The notes beneath the pieces were generated by a model, which was not told the DNA's origin, did no database searches, and saw only the letters and a list, made by a program, of their open reading frames with translations. DNA of 64,000 bases from a virus (taxonomy: Duplodnaviria > Caudoviricetes): positions 1,022 to 65,021 of IMG/VR virus record IMGVR_UViG_3300017917_002782. One strand, written 5' to 3'. A program made the position numbers and the translations under genes. This document shows, piece by piece, positions 39,845 through 48,594 of this stretch. Numbering within the stretch: position 1 is the stretch's first letter; each line of letters begins with the position of its first letter.

Positions 39845-41911
39845 ATGAAAAATAGAGATACACAAATGATAAGAAAGTATTTGAATTTAATGGAGTCAGT
39901 AGATTCTAAAATAATTTTAGAAAATAAAACAAAAACCTCGGATAAAATTTTATCTGAAGCAAACCCTTTAGGTCAACTTATTAGAGGTGAACTTAAAGGT
40001 GCAAAAATAGTGGCTGCCGATTTGGCTCCAATTTTTAATTCACTTAAAGCAGATGCCAAGATATCCTCGGAATTGTTGAAAGTAGGAGTAAAAGATGCAG
40101 ATACCTTACTTGAGTTAATAAAGAACGATTTTAAACTTGTTGCCCCTAAACTTGGAAAGTTAAGCGATAAGTTGTCAAGTCAAGTTAGAGGTGCTGTTGA
40201 GTTAAACATACTTAAATCTAGTACAACAAAAAAAGAGTTGTTAGATATTTCTGCTGAAAACCTTGTTAAAAATAATATTTTCCGTGATAAATATAAGGCA
40301 TATGGGAAATCAAGCGACTTAATTGATAAACTTAAACAAGAAGGATATTCAAAACAAGGTGCGGAAGCAATTGCAAAAAAATTGGATGACCTTAAACAAG
40401 GTAAACTTCAAATCAAACCAAAAACACAACCAACACCAGTCACAACAGCATCCCCTAAAATTACGGAAAGATTAAAACAACTACCAAAAAACATAAAAGA
40501 TGGATTAATGAATCTATTGAGAGCAAAAAAAGGATGGAGAGTGATTGCTAAATGGGGAATTTTGGCTGGAGTTCCATTAGGGGTTTTATGGTGGTTTATT
40601 CAGGATCAAATTGGTGGTGGGGAAATGCCACCTGAAGGTTATCCACAAAACGCTCCTCAAGATTTTCCACCATGTGTACAAGACTTAATTAAAAATAAAA
40701 GCGGTGAAGTTATTACCGATACAAATGGTGGTGTTATTATTTTAGTTAAAAACAATGAATACCCTGATGGGTTACGATTCTATTCAAACAGTAGAGTTGT
40801 GGATGTTAAGACAGGTAAAAGAGGAACATATAAATGTAAAGGTGAAAAGGTTGCTTTACAAGAACAAGGTACAGAAATAGATCTTGATACCATGACAAAT
40901 TATGTTGACACTGCGGTGGATGATTTAGATGGATATGTTAATGCGGGTAATTTAAATAGTTTAATGACTATCCTTAAAAATCTAAAAGGTAAAACATTCC
41001 AAGGGAAAAATGCGTTAGGTGAATTTTTATCCTTATATAAGGATGAGGAAGGTACCGATTTCATGTCGGATGTTGATGGTGTAGGTGTTAGAACTATTGG
41101 AACAAAAGGAATACTTGCAAAAAGAGAGGTCCTATCATTGTTAAGTGGTGGGGGTGAAAACACCCCAACCACACAGACAACTTCTGGTGATTTATCGGGT
41201 ATCGATATCACTTGGGACACAAAAACACCGGGTGGTGGCACTAGTGGTGGTGGTTCATCAACTAAAACAAAATACACACCTAAAAGTGATTTTCCATTCC
41301 CAAGAGGAACTAGTAATGAAAAAATAAGAGAGATTCAAAAATGTTTGAATTTTCCAGCAGAATTTCAAACTGGTAATTTTGGTCCAAAAACAGAAAAGGG
41401 ATTAATAGAATTTATTGGTAATAGTGATAACGTAAAATATGGTTTAACTGGTGGTTTTAACATCTATATAGAAGAATTGAAAACAAAAGGTATAACAAAA
41501 GAACTTTACGATATTGTTATGAAGGCGTGTTCTAAAACACCAACAACAGGAACCCAAACAACAACTGGTGAAACCCAAACAACAACAGGAACCCAAACAA
41601 CAACTGGTGAAACCCAAACAACAACAGGAACCCCAACACCGGGTACAGAAACACCATCACCTGAAAAAACACCAGCAACAACCAATGAAACACCAGCACA
41701 ATTATTTAACAGATTTGTAAAAGAAGGGACGATAAAAGGTCGTTTTAATGGAAGAAGAATTGTTTATAAAGGTGGTGATTTAACTGACGGTGATAGGGAA
41801 AAATTGGAATCACAATTAAGTTCGATGGGTTTTAGAGTTTCAAGAGAAAATCGTGACTACCGAGAAGGTGATAAAATTGTTTTCAAAAAGAGTGAAACCG
41901 AAGAAAAATAA
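39845..41911 (+). CDS. large probable virion protein with PG-binding-like motif and Thr-rich repeats
   Basis: EIQKCL....TGNFGPKT; TTGTQTTTGETQ repeats. Confidence 0.7.
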   Translation: MKNRDTQMIRKYLNLMESVDSKIILENKTKTSDKILSEANPLGQLIRGELKGAKIVAADLAPIFNSLKADAKISSELLKVGVKDADTLLELIKNDFKLVAPKLGKLSDKLSSQVRGAVELNILKSSTTKKELLDISAENLVKNNIFRDKYKAYGKSSDLIDKLKQEGYSKQGAEAIAKKLDDLKQGKLQIKPKTQPTPVTTASPKITERLKQLPKNIKDGLMNLLRAKKGWRVIAKWGILAGVPLGVLWWFIQDQIGGGEMPPEGYPQNAPQDFPPCVQDLIKNKSGEVITDTNGGVIILVKNNEYPDGLRFYSNSRVVDVKTGKRGTYKCKGEKVALQEQGTEIDLDTMTNYVDTAVDDLDGYVNAGNLNSLMTILKNLKGKTFQGKNALGEFLSLYKDEEGTDFMSDVDGVGVRTIGTKGILAKREVLSLLSGGGENTPTTQTTSGDLSGIDITWDTKTPGGGTSGGGSSTKTKYTPKSDFPFPRGTSNEKIREIQKCLNFPAEFQTGNFGPKTEKGLIEFIGNSDNVKYGLTGGFNIYIEELKTKGITKELYDIVMKACSKTPTTGTQTTTGETQTTTGTQTTTGETQTTTGTPTPGTETPSPEKTPATTNETPAQLFNRFVKEGTIKGRFNGRRIVYKGGDLTDGDREKLESQLSSMGFRVSRENRDYREGDKIVFKKSETEEK
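41541..41636 (+). repeat. 39-bp coding tandem repeat (~2.5 copies)
   Basis: caacaacaggaacccaaacaacaactggtgaaacccaaa. Confidence 0.85.
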
Positions 41912-42087
41912 AAGTAATCAGATATTTATTATATGAGAGTTTGGTGGTTTGGTCGCCACTAGATGATAATAGAGCTAGAAACGAAAGGAGGGGTCCATTA
42001 TCTCGGCAAGGGGGTCTTAATTGACTCCTTTGTTCGTTATAGGGACTCAATAAAAAAACCCACCGAATTGGTGGGTTTATTTATTAA

Positions 42088-42507
42088 TGGTGGAGCCGGA
42101 GGGATTCGAACCCTCGTGTTGTTCGTTTTATTGTAGATGGACTACACGTTTATTCGATTATTCACAACCGACAAATAAATGGTTCCTATTTTGACATCGT
42201 TACCAATAACTGTGTCGGGTTCACTTTTACCATTTTCATGGGTTTATAGGTAGTTCCCTGAACGAGACCTTTGTTTCTTTTCGGGTAGAAACCACACCAT
42301 AGAGACTTCTGTTCCAAGGTACATGTCCGCCGACCCGTTAGTCACCACCGATTAGGCAGCAACTTTAGAAGTTGCAAGTAAACCTGCTACTTCCATGTTG
42401 TTGTAAACGTTGCCGTTTAAAATTCACCACCATGGATTAAAGTCTTAGATGACATCAGACTACGTGCCCATTTACACTAACAACGCCAATCAATTCCATT
42501 CGACCCC
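42088..42507 (-). ncRNA. ssrA: tmRNA, tag (A)GNVYNNMEVAGLLATSKVAA
   Basis: 5' GGGGTCG...3' GGTTCGAATCCC...GGCTCCACCA with G3-U70; internal ORF ending ...VAA-TAA; smpB nearby. Confidence 0.93.
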
Positions 42508-42543
42508 ATATTTTAAAGAACTGTTACAAATATAAATACAAGT

Positions 42544-43284
42544 TTACATATCCACAAGCTCAATTGTTAATTTTTTATCTATTTCTTTCACATCCAATAC
42601 AATTGGTTCATTAATTGGGTGATATCTTTCGGTACAAGTGGATGCATTAACAAATGCGGTATCATTTATTAACATTGAACCATACGCTCCGTGAATGTGA
42701 CCAAAAACATGTAATAAAAGATTCATATTATCCACACGTTGTCTCAAAAGTTCACAACCTACATTTTGATTACCAAACATGGTAAAATCTCTTATTAAAT
42801 GTGGTGGACCATGAGTAATAAGAATGTCGGTATCATCTGGGATTTGATCCCATTTTTCTTTTAGTTCGTTTCCATTTCTTGGTAGATTAAACGCCCAATT
42901 ATAAAACTCTGGTTGCCACGGACTACCATATATTTTTAATGGTCTTGAAATGTCTGGGTGTTTGTATGTAAATTCACTATCATGTAAATAAACAACATCT
43001 GATTGTGATAAATTTTCTTCGTTCAATATATGATGTAACCATGGTGCTTCATTATGATGTCTAATACCATTATAATTTTCAAAACCAAAATCATGATTAC
43101 CGGCAATAAAAATTTTACAATCAAATCCTTTTATGTTTTGAAACCATTGAACAAATTCAATTATTTCTTTTTCTTTACCAACGTTTGTACAATCACCTGA
43201 ATGTAATAACAAATCACCTTCAGGTAGTTTATGTAACATCCCCTTATGTAGTGAATGTGTGTCGGAAATACATACTATTCTCAT
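42544..43284 (-). CDS. calcineurin-like metallophosphoesterase (MPPED-like)
   Basis: SDTH, GD, GNHD, THGPP, GHIH. Confidence 0.9.
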   Translation of the reverse strand: MRIVCISDTHSLHKGMLHKLPEGDLLLHSGDCTNVGKEKEIIEFVQWFQNIKGFDCKIFIAGNHDFGFENYNGIRHHNEAPWLHHILNEENLSQSDVVYLHDSEFTYKHPDISRPLKIYGSPWQPEFYNWAFNLPRNGNELKEKWDQIPDDTDILITHGPPHLIRDFTMFGNQNVGCELLRQRVDNMNLLLHVFGHIHGAYGSMLINDTAFVNASTCTERYHPINEPIVLDVKEIDKKLTIELVDM

Positions 43285-43394
43285 ATCAGTAATATAGTTA
43301 ATCTAATTAAATAAAAAAAGGAGAACCGGAGTTCTCCTTTAGGGGCTTGACCGGAGTCTACCTTCCACCACTTGGTTTGGACAAACCAAGAAAA

Positions 43395-43841
43395 CTATTT
43401 CACATCCAAAAGTTTAGAAATTGCTTCTAACTCCATTTGTGCTTTTAACTCTGGTGAGATAAGAGCATTTAAACGAGCTTCGATTTCCGCAAGTTCTTTA
43501 CGTTTTTCTTGGATAGAAATTTGGTTTACACGAGTTTGGAAATCTTCTTTCCACTCTTCAACCATAAAACCTAACCATGTGAATTTGTAATCCACACCAA
43601 GTTCATTAGCAGCAGCCTCTGATTTATCTTTTCTTTCCATTAAGAAAGCATACATCTCAACCAATTTACGAACATCAGTAATCGTTGCGATTGATGTTCT
43701 GTCATGTGCTGAGTTTGCGGAATAACCAAAGTTACCACTTGTTTTCCAACAAGGTCTTTCTGCTTTTTCAATTGCTAATTTTTTGTTTTGTACTAAGTCA
43801 AATAACTCTTTAACTTTAGCATCTGTTGTTTTTGTTGCCAT
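43395..43841 (-). CDS. hypothetical helical protein, last gene of the ROT-TerD/ncRNA operon
   Basis: ORF followed by terminator ~43313-43340. Confidence 0.75.
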   Translation of the reverse strand: MATKTTDAKVKELFDLVQNKKLAIEKAERPCWKTSGNFGYSANSAHDRTSIATITDVRKLVEMYAFLMERKDKSEAAANELGVDYKFTWLGFMVEEWKEDFQTRVNQISIQEKRKELAEIEARLNALISPELKAQMELEAISKLLDVK

Positions 43842-43900
43842 AATAAATGTTGTTTTTTTTTGTTGTTAATTATGTTGTTTATTTTTTCCCAGATGGGAAA

Positions 43901-44026
43901 TGGCGGGGAGGGTGGGATTCGAACACCACGACCACGAGGTTAACAGCCTAAGAAGTAACTTAGCTTATAGCCGTATGTACAGAAATTAAACCAGTAATAC
44001 GTGCTCTACCACTGAGCTACCTACCC
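43901..44026 (-). ncRNA. tRNA-Asn(GTT)-like RNA with a 50-nt structured insert in the anticodon stem
   Basis: acceptor GGGTAGG/CCTCCCC-G-CCA, D arm GCTC/GAGC, CG[insert 43950-43999]AGG-CTGTTAA-CCTCG, T loop TTCGAAT. Confidence 0.8.
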
Positions 44027-44031
44027 GAGTA

Positions 44032-44655
44032 TACTGGAAATTGAACGAGTGAGTTTTTGCTTTGTTTTTGTTTTTTAGAAGTAACTCTCATATGTTTCAA
44101 TATACCATGAAACATACAACTCATAGCCAGTAAAAGATTTTAAAGATGGTAATTATTTGTCTATAATAAAACCCCTTTTGAGGGTTCTATAGGATTCGAA
44201 CCTATTAAACCAATTAGAAGTAAGACAAAATGTAGCCATCAAATATTTTGATATTTAAAGAACTAAAGTAAATGGAAATCGTGTCAGTGATGTTTCAGTA
44301 AAAGTGAATAGAAGTAACTGAACACATAGCCATTAGTATTTTTTAAAGTGGAGATTCCATAACTAATTCAATTTTCAGGTTTGATAGAAGTAAGTGTATG
44401 GATAGCCACTTAATAAGGTAGACGGAAAGGATATGAGTAATAAACATCCAATTGTTGATAGAAGTAACTACATACATAGCCGTCAATAAGTTTATGTGGA
44501 GATTGTGTGTCTAACGTTGTATCTGATAGTTGTATGTTAGAAGTAAGACTTTTGCACCAATACTTTTGTCAATTCTAAGACCCAAAACAGAACCACTCCG
44601 TGGTTTGATGTGATGGGTGGTTGACTATCCTCTCAGTGACTCACATAGCCACATA
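44032..44655 (-). ncRNA. array of six Y-RNA-like structured units (44032-44132, 44145-44240, 44271-44334, 44346-44411, 44421-44484, 44493-44655)
   Basis: each unit: closing stem ending GG-CTA(T/C), second stem, invariant TTACTTCT, variable loop, then CC; stem sequences differ but pairing is kept. Confidence 0.8.
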
Positions 44656-44681
44656 TAATATTTCAAAGAACTGATGGGTAA

Positions 44682-46754
44682 TTACACACCCATCAATTTT
44701 CCTGTCTCTTCATAAGAGTAACAGAAGTCCTCGTACTTGAAGAATGTATCAACATTCTCGTCAAGAGTAACTTGTTTACCACGACCTTCTACGTGTAGAA
44801 GAACAAGGTCATAAACACTTACCTTTGGTAACTCAGCGTATTGTTGAATTACTTTAATAGTGTTTTTGAAGTCACTTCTTGCGGTTACGAAACCACTTGA
44901 ATCAATGTCCAACATGATGTACTCTTTAGTTTCCAAATCAATAATTGCGATTAACGTATTGGTTGATTTAGATTCCAATGATTGACAATTTGAAATTGTC
45001 TCAGGTAACCATGTCCTGTTTGATTCAGGGTGTTCTCTCTCCATGATACCGAAAGATGTTTCAAGTGTATCCAAACCACGACCATTGAAGTTTCTCACGT
45101 CAATAACCGCATATTTGTAACCACTCTTCAACGCATCTTGGATATCGATGTCGATGTACTCAGCACAAGGTCCTCTTCTGTGTCTCACATCACCTGAGTG
45201 AACTGATTTACCTACTTTCAAGTTACTGAAAGAAAGTACATCACTTTTTTTCTCACCAACAAAGGTAACACTTAAATCCAAGTCTTCAGAACCTCTTTCG
45301 TCCATCCAATGAACAAATGGTCTAATAACTTTTGCATCAGGGTTATCGAGTGGAACTCTTTGACCTCTGATTGTTGGTTTAGTTGAGAAGTTCATACTTC
45401 TCATGTTGGTTGGTAAAGGAATCTTTTTCAACTCCTCATCAATCCAACAGTTACCCAAAGAATCCATTACTGAAAACTTATCTCTAAGTGTTTCAAATAA
45501 TTTAGAGTGGATTGTTTCCACAATCTCTTTAGGAATTGCTGGTAGATTAGGTAATTCAGTACGTTTTCTTGCCCCTTTAATCATAATTGACCTATTTGTT
45601 TTAGGTTCAGTACGACCTTCGAAGTGTGAGTAAACTTCAAACAATACCTTGTTTGATGTACCTTTTACCGCCTCACCGAAGTATTTCATGATAAGTTCAA
45701 TATCTTTTGGATATGTACGAACCAACCAATCCATTCTTCTTGAGAATTCACCTGGTTTTTGAGATAAAACCCTCAAACCATTCTCCAAACCTTTTTTGAA
45801 TGATTCGTTAAGTAACCCATACCAAGAAGTAACCTTCTCGTTACGAATCTTATTGAACGATTCATAAGATTTAGGGAATAATTTCTTATATTCGCCTGGA
45901 TGTAAAATTTCACCCAAACGAACCCATCTTTGGTCTCTTAAAACCATTTCGCGAGTATCGCAATTGGTTTGTTCAAGTAAACCTAAGATGTATTTTCTTT
46001 CTTTACGAGAGAATTTTTTAAATTTGAATTTCTCTCTTTCAGGGTTTGTACCTTTTGTAGATGACCATCTGTTTAATCTAATTTCCTTTTCAGGAACTTT
46101 AGGTAAAGAGATATCACCACCCGAAAGATGAACCGCAATTCTTAACACATCGGTTGTGGTTTTAACTGGTAACCCTTCAATACCCATTGCTGCCAATGTA
46201 CACAAATTTTCTTTGAATGGAATTGTTCCAGGAAAAACAAGTTTATCACCACTTGATACGAACCACTTAACAATCTCAAGATCTTGAGGTGTTAATGAAG
46301 TGTTGATTGACACCAAATCAGTGAAGATTTTTGAAAACCTCTCTGATGTGCCATACTTAATCAAATTGTATTTGATTTTTTCGAACTTAATATCCTTTTC
46401 GTATGTATGGGTTGATGGTTCCCATTGACCATTACTCCAATAGTGCATGATTGCGTTCATGTACAATTCGAAGTCTGACATCACCATAACTTCTTGTGGG
46501 AAGTTTTTATATAATGGTTGGTAATTGCGTTTTCCGCCCATTACATTTTTCAAATGATTCAGAACTTCATCATTGAAGTTTTGGATAAACGATAAATCTG
46601 CTTTGGATAATTCGAAGAAGGCATCTTCGTCTAACATGTATCCCCATTGCATTAAGTGGGATTGTACTGTTGCTACTGCAATTCTGTTGTCCATACCATC
46701 GTTTGGAGGACATACCAAACCTTTTTGAAAGGATACTAAATTTCTTGTTGTCAT
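44682..46754 (-). CDS. helical (ROT/TROVE-like) + C-terminal TerD-like domain protein
   Basis: QPLYKNFP, TTTDVLR, LGEILHPGEY, PGEFSR; TerD-like HW...DLDLS...HSGD...AEYIDID. Confidence 0.75.
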   Translation of the reverse strand: MTTRNLVSFQKGLVCPPNDGMDNRIAVATVQSHLMQWGYMLDEDAFFELSKADLSFIQNFNDEVLNHLKNVMGGKRNYQPLYKNFPQEVMVMSDFELYMNAIMHYWSNGQWEPSTHTYEKDIKFEKIKYNLIKYGTSERFSKIFTDLVSINTSLTPQDLEIVKWFVSSGDKLVFPGTIPFKENLCTLAAMGIEGLPVKTTTDVLRIAVHLSGGDISLPKVPEKEIRLNRWSSTKGTNPEREKFKFKKFSRKERKYILGLLEQTNCDTREMVLRDQRWVRLGEILHPGEYKKLFPKSYESFNKIRNEKVTSWYGLLNESFKKGLENGLRVLSQKPGEFSRRMDWLVRTYPKDIELIMKYFGEAVKGTSNKVLFEVYSHFEGRTEPKTNRSIMIKGARKRTELPNLPAIPKEIVETIHSKLFETLRDKFSVMDSLGNCWIDEELKKIPLPTNMRSMNFSTKPTIRGQRVPLDNPDAKVIRPFVHWMDERGSEDLDLSVTFVGEKKSDVLSFSNLKVGKSVHSGDVRHRRGPCAEYIDIDIQDALKSGYKYAVIDVRNFNGRGLDTLETSFGIMEREHPESNRTWLPETISNCQSLESKSTNTLIAIIDLETKEYIMLDIDSSGFVTARSDFKNTIKVIQQYAELPKVSVYDLVLLHVEGRGKQVTLDENVDTFFKYEDFCYSYEETGKLMGV

Positions 46755-46859
46755 AAATGTTGTATTAAAATGTTTTATTAATGTTGTGGTACAAATATAC
46801 TAAACTTTTTTTAAATGTCAAGTTTTTTTTTATTTTTTTTTAAAAAGGTTCTGAATCGT

Positions 46860-47364
46860 CCCCACGCCATTTTGGGAGAACCTTTCAAGTTTTAGTAGTT
46901 TGGCGATATAGTATCCCTACCTATATTCCCAAGATTCGTTGGAACATAGTAACCATCCAAGGTAGGTCTCTTGTACTTTGGTCCGTCTGTCATCATACCC
47001 ATCCACCTTACGGCTTCTACACAGGTACTCTTTTCACCATTTCCTCAGGACATCTTCACCCTACCCCCAAAGTTACGTGGTGAGTCTCACTCGGAAGCTG
47101 AGTGTGTATTGTAGAATTGTCCAGTATTTCTACAACTTGTGGATTCTATTACGACTAATTAAAGCCCCTTACCCCCTCAATCCATAATGGGGAACTCTTT
47201 TTTAAAGTTTCCAACATACCTGACGGAACTTCCCCATCGTCAGTAAACCCCGTTTATTAGAGGTTATATGAATTTCACTTTTTGTGTATCCTCCCCCATA
47301 GCCTTGAAGACTTCAAGTCAGGTTCACACACCATAACGGACGAGTACCTCCGTTAATCGTGGGG
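46860..47364 (-). ncRNA. ~500-nt ORF-free structured RNA candidate
   Basis: GC-richer than its surroundings, many hairpins, ends CCCCACG/CGTGGGG complementary; directly follows a tRNA. Confidence 0.55.
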
Positions 47365-47368
47365 TCTT

Positions 47369-47443
47369 TGGTGGCTCCGGCGGGAATCGAACCCGCGACT
47401 ACCAGTTTTAGAGACCATAATGTTACCATTACACTACGGAGCC
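47369..47443 (-). tRNA. amber suppressor tRNA (anticodon CTA)
   Basis: GGCTCCG/CGGAGCC-A-CCA; loop CT-CTA-AA; T arm GCGGG-TTCGATT-CCCGC; weak anticodon stem. Confidence 0.8.
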
Positions 47444-47448
47444 ATTCG

Positions 47449-47519
47449 AGGTCGGGGATGGATTCAAACCACCCTAAAAGAGCTTGCGACTCTTCACCTA
47501 ATCGCTCGGTCACCCGACC
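47449..47519 (-). tRNA. degenerate tRNA-Cys(GCA)
   Basis: GGTCGGG/CCCGACC-T; loop TC-GCA-AG; T loop TTTGAAT (non-canonical). Confidence 0.55.
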
Positions 47520-47572
47520 ATTTGTGATTGATAACCTTAATCATCAATCACAGGTACAATATTAGAGATTAG

Positions 47573-47926
47573 TTACAACATCTCCAAATTATTTTGAAGA
47601 TTTTTTTCATAATCTTCTTTTTTGGTTTTTTTCTTAGGTGTATAACCCCTCTTAACTCTTTCTTTTTGAACTCTTTTCTTTAGACTTCTGTCTTGAAAAT
47701 AATTCCTCAATTCTTGAGAAGATTCTTCGTAGATCTTTTTAATTTCATCAAAAAGTTTTGCCTTATCTTCATCAGTTAATTTGGTTTTTCTTTTTTCTCT
47801 AACACAATCCCACCATTCTCTTGAATAGCGTTTGTGTTCGATGCATTCACCTAATAGTTTATGAATCTTGTTCGAGAAAGATGATTTAATCATCATTGTT
47901 GGGTTGTGTTGTGTTGTCTTTTTCAT
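47573..47926 (-). CDS. basic hypothetical protein
   Basis: ORF in the amber operon. Confidence 0.65.
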   Translation of the reverse strand: MKKTTQHNPTMMIKSSFSNKIHKLLGECIEHKRYSREWWDCVREKRKTKLTDEDKAKLFDEIKKIYEESSQELRNYFQDRSLKKRVQKERVKRGYTPKKKTKKEDYEKNLQNNLEML

Positions 47927-47928
47927 TT

Positions 47929-48183
47929 TTAAAAAATTTTAGCTGTTATTATGTTATTATTTTCCTCAATCTCCAAATTTGCTTTGAATTTTATACTCCC
48001 TTTGGTATGAGGATTATCAGGAGTTTCTTTTGTTGAGAATCCCACACCCGGTGAGACATCAACGTGATGAACATAATAAGTGTCGCCCCGACATTTCACA
48101 ACCCACATAGGAATTGTCGGATCTTCCAAGTGTTTTTTGTTAAAGTGAAAAACGATTTCACATTTTTTGTTAATCTACTTCAT
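47929..48183 (-). CDS. hypothetical protein with in-frame TAG at codon 3
   Basis: ATG AAG TAG ATT AAC AAA... in frame with track ORF 47929..48129 (MK*INKKCEIVFHFNKKHLEDPTIPMW...). Confidence 0.7.
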
Positions 48184-48188
48184 GATTT

Positions 48189-48542
48189 TTAAAGATTAAA
48201 TTGTTTATTATATTCCTTTAGAGATAAAGGCAATGATGATGTTAATTTTCTCGTTTCTTCAGTTTCGAGAAAACAAATAGAAGTTAATTGATTCCCAATA
48301 TCGGGTTCAATAAAATAAGACACGGGTATTCCGAGTTCTTCTATTCTATAAAGTAATTTTTGTAATTTTTCTTTTGAATCAATGGATAAAGAAATAAGAA
48401 AATTATTATTCCATTGTTTTGAAAGTTCGGGATGTTCTAAAATGAACTGAGATATTGCATGTCCCGATTGTGCAATTTGATACCCGGGATTTAAGTCTTT
48501 TCGGGTTACGACTATTAGTTTGTTAATCTATAAATTTTTCAT
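48189..48542 (-). CDS. Pth2-like peptidyl-tRNA hydrolase with in-frame TAG at codon 5 (missing from ORF track)
   Basis: MKNL*INKLIVVTRKDLNPGYQIAQSGHA...FIEPDIGNQLTSICF...LTSSLPL; Pth2-like R.DL..G...AQ..HA motif. Confidence 0.8.
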
Positions 48543-48594
48543 AACTATAAATATTGTGTTACAAAGATAAATATTTTTATTTAAAAAACAATCT

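Noticed and set aside
43950-43999. Group I/II or BHB intron in tRNA-Asn
   Set aside because: Too short for a self-splicing intron and no bulge-helix-bulge; it matches the neighbouring array motif instead.
43901-44655. CRISPR array
   Set aside because: The conserved part is only ~8 nt plus structure, unit lengths vary from about 64 to 163 nt, and no cas genes are in the window.
44032-44655. Hammerhead/hairpin ribozyme repeats
   Set aside because: No CUGANGA core or hairpin loop-B consensus seen on either strand.
46860-47364. RNase P RNA
   Set aside because: Could not find the GAGGAAAGUCC / AGAACCCGGCUUA P4 signatures.
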